A stretch of 64,000 bases of DNA from Octopus sinensis (taxonomy: Eukaryota): the NCBI RefSeq assembly GCF_006345805.1, contig NC_043008.1, positions 38,254,001 through 38,318,000 on the forward strand. The letters are read 5' to 3'. Under the pieces are notes generated by a model. It was given only the letters and a program-made list of their open reading frames with translations. It was not told the origin of the DNA and did not search any database. Position numbers and translations under genes: made by a program. Shown here piece after piece: positions 10,837 to 24,472 of this stretch. How positions within the stretch are numbered: the first letter of the stretch is position 1; each line of letters begins with the position of its first letter.

Positions 10837-12452
10837 CTATACATATTTCGTTTTTGGATTTGGTTTGCAAGATTCTTTATATGAATTCGTGTGTTGAAAC
10901 ATATTCTGTTGTGTCTGGGGAGAGTCATTTTCTTTTTGTGCCTTATAATGTAACACACTCACTGGTAAAATTTCCACTTTTTTCTTATTTTCATTTTCCT
11001 TAAATTTTCGTTGCGTCTTGCAACATTTTCAATAGTCTTTAGGAAAATTAGAATAAGAAATAAGCGCAAATTTGCAAGATTCTTTATATGAGTTCGTGTC
11101 TGAAGCACATTCTGTTATGTCTGAGGAGAGTCATTTTCTTTTTGTGCCTTATAATGTAACACACTCACTGGTAAAATTTCCACTTAATTCTTATTTTTAT
11201 TTTCCTTAAATTTTCGTTGCGTCTTGCAACCTTTTCAATAATCTTAAGAAAAATAGTCTTTAGGAAAATTAGAATAAGAAATAAGTGCAAATTTGCAAGA
11301 TTCTTTATATGAGTTCGTGTGTTGAAGCATATTCTGTTGTGTCTGGGGAGAGTCATTTTCTTTTTGTGCCTTATAATGTAACACACTCACCGGTAAAATT
11401 TTCACTTATTTCTTATTTTTATTTTCCTTAAATTTTCGTTGCGTCTTGCAACCTTTTAATAGTCTTTAGAAAAATAGTCTTTAGGAAAATTAGAATAAGA
11501 AATAAGTGCAAATTTGCAAGATTCTTTATATGAGTTTGTGTGCTGAAGCATATTCTGTTATGTCTGAGGAGAGTCATTTTCTTTTTGTGCCTTATAATTT
11601 AACACACTCACTGGTAAAATTCCCACTTATTTCTTATTTTTATTTTCCTTAAATTTTTGTTGCGTCTTGCAACATTTTCAATAGTCTTTAGAAAAATAGT
11701 CTTTAGGAAAATTAGAATAAGAAATAAGTGCAAATTTGCAAGATTCTTTATATGAGTTCGTGTATTGAAGCATATTCTGTTATGTCTGAGGAGAGTCATT
11801 TTCTTTTTGTGCCTTATAATTTAACACACTTACTGGTAAAATTCCCACTTATTTCTTATTTTTATTTTCCTTAATTTTTGTTGCGTCTTGCAACATTTTC
11901 AATAGTCTTTAGAAAAATAGTCTTTAGGAAAATTAGAATAAGAAATAAGTGCAAATTTGCAAGATTCTTTATATGAGTTCGTGTATTGAAGCATATTCTG
12001 TTATGTCTGAGGAGAGTCATTTTCTTTTTGTGCCTTATAATTTAACACACTTACTGGTAAAATTCCCACTTATTTCTTATTTTTATTTTCCTTAAATTTT
12101 TGTTGCGTCTTGCAACCTTTTCAATAATCTTAAGAAAAATAGTCTTTAGGAAAATTAGAATAAGAAATAAGTGCAAATTTGCAAGATTCTTTATATGAGT
12201 TCGTGTGCTGAAGCATATTCTGTTATGTCTGAGGAGAGTCATTTTCTTTTTGTGCCTTATAATGTAACACACTCACAGGTAAAATTTCCACTTATTTCTT
12301 ATTTTTATTTTCCTTAAATTTTTGTTGCGTCCTGCAACATTTTCAATAGTCTTTAAGAAAATAAAAATAAGAAATAAGTGGAAATTTTACTGGTGAGTGT
12401 CTTACATTATAAGGCACAAAAAAGAAAATGACTCTCCCCAGACACAACAGAA
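10837..12452. repeat. Tandem array of seven ~221-bp units ending in a ~100-bp inverted copy of the unit
   Basis: Marker gcaagattcttt starts at 10867, 11074, 11295, 11516, 11738, 11959 and 12181. Segment 12352-12452 is the reverse complement of the unit interior (ttctgttgtgtctggggagagtc...ttttattttc). Confidence 0.95.
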
Positions 12453-12829
12453 CCAGACATATTAAAGCAAAATATTATATTAAAATGGTTGACTTTCACT
12501 GAATTTGATCTTAGGATAGAAAAGTGTGAAACCACATACAGCAATAACCATTTTATATCCAGCACTAATCTTTAAAGTCTTAACTCCACCATACTTGCTA
12601 GATGGTTCTAAGATAGGTACTGTATACATAACAATGTTGAGTTAATGCCATAGGTTCTTGGACGCTAATTGAATTCTTGAGTTTGTTCTGTCTTCACGCA
12701 ATGCATGAATAATCCCAAAAAGCATTAATATAAGTGCGTGTATGTATGTGTGTGCTGGTGTGCACTTCTGTGTGCTTGCGTGTGTTTCTGTATGTATCTA
12801 CATATCTACATGTATATGAATATGTATAT

Positions 12830-12849
12830 ATAAATGTACATATATATAT

Positions 12850-12899
<50 letters not shown>

Positions 12900-12999
12900 C
12901 ATATATACATATATATATACATATATATATATACATATATATATACATATATATATATATATATTATATATATATATACATATATACATATATATATAC

Positions 13000-13087
<88 letters not shown>

Positions 13088-14100
13088 TATATACATAGAT
13101 AGTGTATATTTGTGTGAGTCGATACATCGACATGTATAAATATGTATATAGACATGTACATAGACACACACATATATTTACATGTATATTTCATATATAT
13201 GCATATACATAAACAGGGACATGTGTGCATATGTGTGTGTATATGATGTATATGAGAGAGACAGCGAACAAGAGAGAAGAAGATATTAAGAGAGTAGTCA
13301 ACAGAGAAACAATAGACATGTAATAAAAAGAAAAAAAGAACATGAAAAAAAAACAGGGTTTTTGTTTATTTGTTATTAAGGAAAGAATGAAATCGAAGGT
13401 TGTAATATTCTATGTTTTTCTCTTGTTTCTTTATATACACACATACATACGTGTATACATGCATACATACATGCATAAGTACATATATGTATGCATACAT
13501 AATTACATATATACATATACACACACAAATACACACAGATAGATGAATATAAGTATATGTGTGTGTCTATGCCTATATATGTATATACACACACACATAC
13601 AACATACAGACTTGTGTGCCATGTGTATGTGTGTGTGTGTGTGTGCACGCGTGTATATCTATACATTCTGTTGTTTACTAAAGAATCTTGATAATGCCAT
13701 TAATTACAGTGAATAAAATGTCCAATTCTGATCAATTTTGATGACAAAGACTTCTTTCCTTCTGTGAATTCTGTGTGTTAATACATTCATATATGTATAT
13801 ATCTATATATGTATATGTGTGTATATATATATACATATATATATAGTTATATATATATATATATACACACATATATATATATATATTTATATATATCTAT
13901 GTATGTGTCTATGTGTATATATGTATGTATATATATATACATATTTATATATATATATAACACAAATAATGATATATATTACTAATGGTTTTACACACAC
14001 TCATATGAATATATATATACATATATACATATGTACATCCACATGTCTGTCTATCAATTGATCTATATATATAGATATGTGTGTGTGTGTGTATACCTGT
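12830..14100. repeat. Extended (TA)n/(CA)n compound microsatellite region
   Basis: Direct reading. Confidence 0.9.
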
Positions 14101-14699
14101 TGTGTATATCTACATTGAACTGGACCACACCCTCACACACAAACCCCCCATTTGAATGTTTCTGAAATGTATGTACAATGGCATGGATAGTTATAAATAC
14201 ATACACACCGATGTATACAGTGATTTGCCAAGATAAGATACAGCAAGAAAGCAAACAAACATAGAATGGAAATTCATTGAATGTAACAATCACATGATTT
14301 GCCCAATCACCAGAGGCAGTTTATCAAATGATACATTAGAAATATTATGTTGGAATACTTGTAGAAATCTATTGGATTGTTCATTTAATATTTGTCACCT
14401 TCAAAGAACAGGGAAAATTCGTTTGATTATTGTCATATTTATATATTTCTCTATTTAACATTTACTTGTCAGCCTCTGTGATTATTAATGATAAATTACA
14501 GGATGATCTGTTGTGTATGAGAATGTAAAATTTATTTGTATGGTTGAACAGATACATTAAATTTGAGTGTTGGCATGAAATTTGTTAGTGAAGGTGGGCA
14601 TTCATTAGAAGCATCTATACAGGTAAGCATAAATGCCTCTAAAGCAGTGTCATTAGAGTATCAGATATAATGTCTTGTAGTATTTGTTCTGATAGGAAA

Positions 14700-14855
14700 A
14701 CACATGACTGTGTAGTAAGTCGTTTGTTTCCCAACCACGTGGTTCTAGATTCAGTCACATTGTGTAGCACCTTGGGTAAGTGTCTTTTACTATAGCCCAG
14801 GGCAGACCAAAGCCTTGTGAGTGGATTTGCTAGAGGAAAACTGAAAGAAGCCCAT
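14700..14855 (+). mobile_element. SINE family B, 5' part
   Basis: tttcccaaccacgtggttctagattcagtc...gaccaaagccttgtgagtggatttg...gaaagaagccc, shared with 31732 and 47614. Confidence 0.8.
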
Positions 14856-14869
14856 CATATATATCATCA

Positions 14870-15200
14870 TTATCATCATTGTTTAACGTCCGCTTTCCAT
14901 GCTAGCATAGCTTGGACGATTTGACTGAGGTCTGGCGAACAAGATGGCTGCACCAGACTCCAGTCTGATCTGGCAGAGTTTCTACAGCTGGATGCCCTTC
15001 TTAACGCCAACCATCCTGAGAGTGTAGTGGGTGCTTTTACATACCACCGGCACGAGGGCCAGTCAGGCAGTACTGGCAACGGCCACACTCAAATGGTGTT
15101 TTTTTATGTGCCACCTGCACAGGAGCCAGTCCAGCAGCACTGGCAATGACCTCGCTCGAATGTTTTTTCATGTGCCACCAGCACAAGTGCCAGTAAGGCG
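14870..15200 (-). mobile_element. Short retroposon family D copy
   Basis: High similarity to 9032-9330 and 31081-31385. Confidence 0.85.
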
Positions 15201-15889
15201 ATGCAGATTTAATTATAAATAACAAGAGAAATATACTATGATAAAATTTATTTTACCTTGAGAAATTCTTATTTAGCAACAATTGTTTCATAGCTTAATA
15301 AACTTGTATAGATAATTTATTTTATTATATTTTATAATAAATAATACATTTTTTACATCACTACATTAATATATGAACTATCTTTAAATTAATGCTGATA
15401 TCAAGCTAGCTCTTCAAGCTAAAAGAAGTCCATATTAAACATTAAAAATAACATCTCGTCATAATGTTTCAAGAATACAGACTTGGTCTTCTTAAAACGC
15501 TATGCCAAGAATACACCACTCTATTTAGACAACGTGTGTTCATAACACACATGAAACACATATTGCCTGAAACACATATTGCCTAAAAGGAGGAGGTATC
15601 CTTTGATGATGTAAAACAACAGTGATCAGGTATTTATGCAGAAATCTGCAAGAACATATTGTACGAAGAGATAGGTTATTGTTTCAATTCTCACTGTTCT
15701 GCATGGACCCTATTCAGGGAACAGATGAATAAAGAAACAGGTTGACAATTTTATTTATGTCTTTTACTTTTCTCTCACATGTAATTAAAAAGTGCAACTC
15801 TGAAATCGTCTGATGAGGCCCTTAACAACCCACATGTAATCTCAATGTCATAGTGCTAAGTAGTTTAGAGCCAAACCTCACTCCCACCT

Positions 15890-15936
<47 letters not shown>

Positions 15937-16597
15937 TCTCTCTCTCTCTCATTATCTTGGACATGATACAAGTTTACCATTGATATTCTCAGAAGATCCT
16001 AATTTCTCGTTAAATTAACAAATAATAGAATTACAATCCAACCAAACATGAGGCAAAATTGGTAGATTGAAATTCAAAACTTATGCGAGCATCACACTAC
16101 ACAATTAATCACATAATCATTTTAACTTTGTAATTTAAATGAAGATATTGAGCATTGCATTTGAAGTGGAGGAAGAGAATTAAGAGAGTGCTGCTCTGTG
16201 TCAAGTTGAGTGATGACATCTGGATAGTGTTGCAAATCAAAAGTAAATGCATCAACTTTATTGGAGATATATCACAAGTTGTGAATTAAAGTGAGAAAAT
16301 ATATATTACATGTCAATATAAAAGTTACATGAAGATATAGTAGGGATATCAAATGGTTTGGTATATATTATTCCATCACTGAAGCAACATAGATGGCTGG
16401 TGGTGGGTTTGAATAAAGGGGGTGTTAGTGGGTGGACTGGTGATTTGTTGCTACTGGAAAGCAAGCTGGGGCTTAATCAATCCTGATTGGATCAACCGGG
16501 TAGAAGGGAGGGTCTGATGCTGGAAAGATCTGAAAAGATCCCAGAAACATCACTATATATTGCATCTCAGAACATCTCCGAGATGTGTCTTGGAATA

Positions 16598-16645
<48 letters not shown>

Positions 16646-16794
16646 TAGAAAAAACACCTTTTATCAATTCAACAATGAAAAAGTTAAATTATAAATTTTC
16701 TAATTTACATATATATATTATATTTTGTGAAATTTGATTAAGTATTTCTAAATATTTTTCCCTGTAAGTTTGCAATAATATTCCATAATATTAT

Positions 16795-16828
<34 letters not shown>

Positions 16829-17854
16829 TGGTGTCTGGTGCAGCCTCCTGGCTTCCCAGACCCCAGTCGAACCATCCAACCCATGATAGTGTGGAAAACG
16901 GATGTTAAACAATGATGATGATGATATATATATATACAAATTGATAGACAGGCAGATGGGCAACAGACGGACAGGCAGGCAGGCAGGCTGACAGACAGAC
17001 TGCAAGTAAGTAAAGCAATGATATGAAGAAACCTGTACATTAACTGTTGCTTCAGTACTGATAGCAAGTAGCTCAGTGTGTCATGTTTAGACATAATAGC
17101 AATACAAAGTTGCGTGTATGTTATGTTTAAGTAAAATCAAGATTTCATTCTGGGAGTCTACCATAATGAGGAATGATTGGAAGGTTTTAGAGTGGAGTCA
17201 GAATGTGAGTGTGTGAGTGTGTGAGTGTGTGGAATGAAATTCTGAGTTAATTCAACACATTAAAGTCATCTGATCAATTGTAAGATCTAAAACAATTTGC
17301 ATGTTTATGCCTTCTCCACTAATGCCCTTCCAGTTATTATTTTACAGTTGATAGAGTTGATATGGTTTGATAAAAGGGAGTTAGATATGATTAGTGGGAC
17401 TTAGTTGTGGCATTTATACAGGTAGTTAGTATAGAGTATTTAAGTTGTTGCATCAATAGAAAGAATGTAGGCGCACTAGAGACATGTGATGAATAATAGG
17501 TTACATGTGAGTGGTAATAGCGATAACTAGTACCTAATAGCTTACGTATAGGTACTGTAGTGATACAAATATAAGATACTTTAATATACAGGTACTGTAG
17601 TAGTAGCAGTCTTTGTATTTTACGTATAGGTATAATATTGAACTTAGCCTTTTGACATGACACATGAAGCTGCAGTCAATAGTACCATAAATGTGTTATA
17701 TGTGGTACCCCTATGATTTTGTCACAGGATGGTACAGTAGATATGTGCCTTGTAAGCAAGATGTGAATATATCAGTGATGCGTTGTACCTGCTATGTAAC
17801 ATAGGGATCTTGTATCTGCTATATAACATATGAGATCAGTACTAATCCTCTCTC

Positions 17855-17889
<35 letters not shown>

Positions 17890-17891
17890 AT

Positions 17892-18195
17892 GGAGGTGCA
17901 ATAGCCCAGTGGTTAGGGCAGCAGACTTGCAGTCGGAGGATCGCGGTTTCGATACCCAGACTGGGCATTGCGTGTGTTTATTGAGCAAAAACACCTAAAA
18001 AGCTCCACGAGGCTCCGGCAGGGGTTGGTGATCCCTGCTGTACTCTTTCACCACTCTTTCTCCCACTTTCTTCTGTTGGCCTGCTCACTTAGCCAGTGGG
18101 GTGGCGTCATTCGAAGGCTAAAACAATGCGAACGCATTGTGACCAGCGATGTGTAGCAACATCTGATGGTCTGGTCGGTCATGTGATCATGTGAT
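17892..18195 (+). mobile_element. tRNA-derived SINE family C (recalled as similar to the tRNA-Arg-derived octopus OR SINEs; unverified)
   Basis: A box tagcccagtgg and B box ggtttcgataccc. The head is shared with 41228 and the tail (gtgaccagcgatgt...catgtgat) with 32308-32560. Confidence 0.85.
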
Positions 18196-18966
18196 ATATA
18201 TATATATATATATACACACATACACATATATATTGTTCAGCATAGATAGAGCTATTTTATTTCTATAATCCTCCATTTTTAGTTTTACAAATAACTGAAC
18301 AGATTAAAATATTAATGAAATATAAAACAACATTGGTTTGTCACTCTCTCCAGCTGTTGTTGATTTTAATATTTTAAATTTTATATTCGCTATTTAATAA
18401 ACAAATAGATAATACTAAAACAAAGAGTCTGAGTAACTTTTCAGATTTACTCTTAAAAGTATTCCTGTCTTGGCAGTCAAATTCTATATGAAGATTAGTA
18501 ATATACTTATCTCATAGGTTAAAAGGTAAATTGAGAATGATGGTATCTTTAATATATTTCTTGCAAACAAACACTCTAATATCCTTCCTGATCTGGAATC
18601 AGAAACAATCAAGTCCTGATATAAATTTCTAAATCTTACATAATCCAGCTCTTAACAAATAATTCTCATTGCTACTAACTACTATTTAGTCTTCAGATGA
18701 ATATGGGATACATTATGCATTAGATGTAAAGAGAGTGGTGGTGATACTGCTGGAACCACTACTGATAAATAGTCAATGGCGTTAAGAGAAGAAAGAACTG
18801 CATCAGACACAAATTGGTGTTAATTTCTATTAATATTAGAATTGATCAGCGAACATTTTATGGTTACATTGATGTGAGAAATGACCAAAAGTATAACAGA
18901 TTAAATTTGGTATCAGAAAAAGCTGAAAGCAAAATGTGAAAGAAATCAAAGAAATTTTGGACTTAC

Positions 18967-19088
18967 AGTTTTGGTTCCCAAATTTTTAACAGTGCACTTC
19001 AAAACAGCCAACTCTCCCCTAGTTACTGAAACATTAGTTGGGGTTGACATCAACTCTGGTCCTTGTTTCCCATGTCGTTGATGTTTAC
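18967..19088 (-). CDS. Internal coding exon (122 bp, phase 1 to phase 0) of a Dpr/Lachesin/zig-8-like immunoglobulin-superfamily cell-surface protein; N-terminal part of first Ig domain
   Basis: Minus strand reads tttattttatccctcttttcag|gtaaacat...accaaaact|gtaagt: polypyrimidine tract with CAG acceptor and a perfect GTAAGT donor. Translation (G)KHQRHGKQGPELMSTPTNVSVTRGELAVLKCTVKNLGTKT matches the P-x-N-V-S/T-V-x-x-G-x-x-A-x-L-x-C-x-V-x-N-L-G-x-K-T pattern of Dpr-type Ig domains. Too short for the ORF track. Confidence 0.88.
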
Positions 19089-22000
19089 CTGAAAAGAGGG
19101 ATAAAATAAAGTGTGATAGGTATAATCCATTTGGCGATTACTGTAGAGAAGCTGAATCTAGAGTAATTTCACATCATTTGCATTATTAATGATTCTGTTA
19201 TGTTACAACTTTCATTTACACTTGTCTTAAAGGCAACTCAGCTAATTTACAATTGATGAATTGGGATGATTAAGAATATTCAAGAACATAAGATATTTTG
19301 ATGTTAGGTGAACATGCAAGGGAATTGAGGAAGAACTCAGTGTTGAAAGCTTCTGTTAACATGTACTTAAAAGATACTTGTATTTGCATGGACCATAGCT
19401 GGGAATGGTTGAATGACAGTGGAGGTTATCCATGATAGAAGAAAACCAAATATGTTATGGGAAAGAAATGTTGAGATATCTCAGATGCTAGCTGGTATTT
19501 ACAGATAAGTAACACAGAACTAAAAGGTTGTAGCAGTTTGACATATTGCTAGCTTGCCCAACCTTTGTCAACATGAAAACTTGCATGCTAAAACAGTTAT
19601 ATAATGCTGACAAACTACTTTATATCTGTAAAACCAATAATTGTTTTATCAATGATATATTGCGATATACCTTATAAATATATGTATGTAAGTATGTATG
19701 TACATATGTATGTAGGTATGTATTTATTTATGTGTGTGTATGACACACATTCATATTAATATATTAAATATATATATAAACACATATTTATCAATGTAAA
19801 TATGAAATTTTATAATGGATAAATGATAGATGGTAAAGTTCTCTGACTCTGCTGTTGTGGAAGATATCTCTTGTAGAAGACCAAGGAAATTATATGAAGA
19901 GGTGCTAAGAGAAAATATTGAGTAAGAGATACTAGCTGTCCATTACAGAAATAATACAGATACTGGATTATGTGGTGTATAAATATTTCATAAGGCTAAT
20001 TTACCCAAAACACCAACATGGAATTATGGATGTTATAACAGCAATGAAGATAAATTCTTTTCTAATATATCTGTAAAGTAAATAATTATTTTATTGGATT
20101 ATTTTATTAATGTACATACCCCTATTCAATAAAATATAATAATATTATTGTAGTTAATATGAACTTATGACTGGTGAGTTCCACCTCCAGTATTTTATAC
20201 ATTTTAGCTATTCTACTAAATGAAGAATATTTGTTTTGATAAGTTAAAATTTCAAAACTGTCAGTATTAAAATGGTTTCATTTTGTTATTAGCATACATC
20301 GTGGTCATAGAAATTTCTATAATGGTTCTCAGAAGGTATAAACAAGATCAAAACAAAATATAAAAACATTTTATGGCTAGTCTGGTATTCTATCAGAGAC
20401 ATGGAAATAGTAATTACAGCAGTGACATGTTTAGTAATAAGAGCAGCTGCACAGGTGAAATATGATGGTAAGGCAAACAGTTCTTACGACAGCAGTAAAA
20501 TAAATATGAAAAAAAAAAGCATAGTGAAAGTGAAAGAGAGAGAGGAGGAGGGGCAGTTCTGTACAGTATTTGTTGTAGAAAGGTATTTTGATTCAACAAC
20601 CTGCTTTGATTTTAGAATTAATAATGAATGAATCTAGTTCAGATATGATATGCTTTGCTGTGAATGATTTATTTGGGTGTATAGAGGATATAAAACAAAG
20701 AACAATATATTATGGCAAAGAGAAAATTTTGTACATCATCTGAAGTGTAAAAGGTAACTTATACATGAAGAAAAAGACAATCCATCAGAAAAATGTTGTC
20801 TAACAGAATTATCTGCTATACAGACATCAAGAATTCTGTGCACAGAAGCATTTGAAAAAATTTCATATTTTCTGTTATTGTTTCAAAGATAATAAAAACT
20901 AGAAGAAAATTGTTCTTCTTATTGTTGATTTTTAAAGCTCTTTGCTTGCCCAAACCATAATATTTTGGTTAAATTTTCTTGTAGTATGTACTTGAATATT
21001 ACTTTAAAGTGGAGAATGGGCAGTAACAGAGTGTGGCACAAAATGTATTGCAGTGATTGTTCTGGTTCTTTACATTCTGAGTTCTAATCCCACTGTGATC
21101 AACATCCCCTTTTATCCTTCCAAGGTCAATAAAATAAATTACCAGTTAAATTTTGAGGGTTCAATACTCTCAAATGTTTTGCCCTCCAAAATCTGAGACC
21201 TTGTAACTGTGTAAGAAAGTAATATTTACTTGCGTCCCCATTTATTCTGAATTCAAATTCTGCTTGCATTTGACAACTATCATCCCTTCTTGGAATCGAT
21301 AAAAGAAGAACCACCAGTAATGTATGTAAATTATTAAAGTCTTTCCACACTTACACATAAAAATGTGTGGTTTTTGTAAAAATGCTAAAAAAATCAATAC
21401 TGGCTTCATACAAGGTTGGTAAATCATCAGAACCAGTTGAGTGCCAGACTACACATGGGTAAATCTGTTAACTCACCATTTTTATTTATTGGAATGCTTC
21501 ATTTTATTGCACTTGGAAGGATAAAAGGTAAAGTTGTTGTTGATCAGATTTGATCTCAGAATCAAGAGGTTTGAAATTAAATACAGTAAGGCAGGGATGG
21601 CAATCATCTTGCCAGCAGTTACAATTTTACCAGATTTCAAATTTAAAAGGGCAGACTAGAAAAGTTGGTAAAAACCCAAGTAATAAATAAATAAATGGTT
21701 TAAAAGTTAAGGCTAAAACAGTAAGTTAAAATATATGAATTAGCAAAATCAAGGGTTCATTATTTGTCTCAGTACAGATGTGCCCCACATAAACTTTTAT
21801 GTATTTACCATTTGCCCCTGATAGTAAAAAAATCCTGACCTCCTGCTATAAAGCATCTAATCTAACATTTGTCTATGTGTCTATCTTAACAACTTATAGC
21901 TTTCATATTTATGAATTATTAACATGCAACCATTCAGATTTTTCACAAACAACTGTCAGCATGGTTAAATGTGAAAGTGTGACGAATACCAAATGAGGTG

Positions 22001-23442
22001 TTAATACCTACACTAGATAAATATTTTAAACAGAAGACTAGACACCAAAAATAACTGGAACATATGCTGTTGCAATAAGATAAAAAAAAAGAGAGAAAGA
22101 GAAAAAGAAGATACACATTTTTCTTTAAATGTACATTAGATGTAAATAAATATTTAGAAAAATATAATTTAATTCCAACATATCGAAAAATTCTTCAGGC
22201 TGGTTCAGCAAAATTTATTTGCTTGGGCATAAACAGATGTCAAAATAAAATATTTTGTGTGGGGGAAAAAATATAAAAAAGACAAAAATATTATTTAGCT
22301 GTCTTTAACAGTTCAGCAGAGTAAAAAAAATTGTTTATGTGTGTGTGTGTTTGTGTGTGTTATTAGATATCTTGGATTTCCAAAATTATTGACGCCAGCT
22401 AACATGTCTAGATATAAAATGATGTTAGAAGAAGCCATGTTTTAGCATGTTTTATAGTTTATTCTTCTTTTGGTAGATGATTGATCTTCTTACATGCAAT
22501 TGGCTCTGCCAGTGATGCCTACATCTTGCAAGTGTCCAATGAGCGCAGTGAGTCAAAAGTTAAAACCAAAGTTAGAAATAAACTAACCTAATACAACCCA
22601 ATTTATGAGAACAATCTCCTGCACTACTTGCATCTTGAGAGATCTTTCCATTAGTACAATCACTGATGTACATGATTTTAATGCTGAGATGTACAATGAT
22701 CATTTCTTTGTGTCTGTTACTTTTTGTCTCTTTGAAGAGTATTAACAATGAAAGTTAAGAAAAATCTCAATGCAATTTCAATGCAATACAAATCTCAAAA
22801 TGCAACTTTTTTAATGTTAATTTTATATGCATGAAGCAATGGAACTTGTATTGATATTTAAACAAAGCACATTTAATGCAAACTAAATGAAAGGCTTTTT
22901 ATTTTCCTTTTCTTTCCTTTTTTTTTTTTGATTATTCTCTCCCATCTTTTGAAAAACTTCAAAGAAATCTAGGTATGATTAATTAACAAAAACATGATTT
23001 TACTCACTATATTTTGTTTTCTATCATATATTAATTTTTTTTGCTTTCACAGATTTTTCTAGTGTTAAATTAGATCAAAATTTCGTAATCATATTTAGAC
23101 AAAAAAAATAAATAAATAAATAAAGGAAAAAAAAAAGAAAGAACAAAATGTTTCAAATAAATGTGCTGAAGGTGGCAGAAACTGCAAAGCAATGAACACC
23201 ATTTTCAACAGTTTTCCATTTTGTACTAGATTTTGAAATGAAATCCCACAGGGGTCAATGGTCTCTACTATCAGATTAGGTGGGAGATAAAACAATGCAA
23301 CATCTAGTTACTGGGTGGGGGTGGGGGTTCTTGATTCAACTGAGCATATCATGCAACCTTGTGTTTTTTAAGAAATTATTCCATTTTAAACATTTGGAAA
23401 TATACTTAGAAATTATCTCCTTAAATGTATATATATGTATAT

Positions 23443-23444
<2 letters not shown>

Positions 23445-23481
<37 letters not shown>

Positions 23482-23610
23482 GCTTAACGTCTGCTTTCCA
23501 TGCTAGCATGGGCTGGACGGTTCGACTGGGGTCTGGGAAGCCAGGAGGATGCACCAGGCCCAGACTGATCTGGCAGTGTTTCTACAGCTAGATGCCCTTC
23601 CTAACCCCCA
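23445..23610 (-). mobile_element. Short retroposon family D, truncated copy
   Basis: (CAT)n followed by cttaacgtctgctttccatgctagcatggg...ctacagctagatgcccttcc. Confidence 0.8.
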
Positions 23611-24268
23611 TATATATATATATATATCGTCATCATCATCATCATCATCATCATACTCATCATCATCATCATCATTTAACATATATATACACATATTAAT
23701 GTGTGTGTGTGCATACGTATTTATCTATGTAGATGTATGTATGCATGTGTGCAAATATATATATTTATGTTGGTGTGTGTGTGTGTAAGGTTGAATGGAT
23801 GTTTGTATCTATGCTTGAGTGTGTGTGTGTATGCTAGCACTGTTTCTGGATTGATGAACATATCTCAGAGTAGTGATTTCTCCTGTCACTTCTTCCCCTG
23901 CTGCACATCTTTCTCATCACTATCAATTAGGCCTCTGATGAGCAGAGACGTGAGGTCATTTAGTCTTGCCCAAGACATGACACGCTTTAGTGCTGGTCTC
24001 ATAGGAAAAGCACCCAGTACATCTGGCAAAGTAGCTTGTATAAGGAAGGGAGTCCAACTGTAGAAACCAGGTGAAAATGAAACATAAGTGAGATGAGGTC
24101 CTAACTCATTCAGGTGAGCAGTACTCCTTGAATACATGTTGATTCTCACCCATGGTGCATGGTGACCCAACCAGCCCATGGCAGTATGGAAAATGGATAT
24201 AAACAATGACGATAATACTGGAGGTAATTATGATTATGATGGTGGTGGTGGTATACACACATGTACCA

Positions 24269-24472
24269 AAGGTGGCGAGCTGGCAGAAACGTTAACACGC
24301 CGGGCGAAATGCGTAGCCGTATTTCGTCTGCCGTTACGTTCTGAGTTCAAATTCTGCCAAGGTTGACTTTGCCTTTCATCCTTTTGGGGTTGATTAATCG
24401 ACTTAATCCGTTTGTCTGTCCTTGTTTGTCCTTTCTGTGTTTATCCCCTTGTGGGTAGTAAAGAAATAGGTA
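24269..24472 (+). mobile_element. SINE family A, well-preserved copy
   Basis: ggtggcgagctggcagaaacgttaacacgccgggcgaaatgc...gttctgagttcaaattctgccaaggttgactttgcctttcatcc. Further fragments lie near 21140-21310, 38030-38160 and 61240-61600. Confidence 0.85.

Noticed and set aside
10837-12452. Possible CRISPR-like array
   Set aside because: Units are near-identical along their whole length with no unique spacers, and the context is eukaryotic.
15553-15584. 16-bp tandem duplication gaaacacatattgcct (similar short duplications near 17785-17835 and 47761-47800)
   Set aside because: Ordinary slippage duplications with no further structure.
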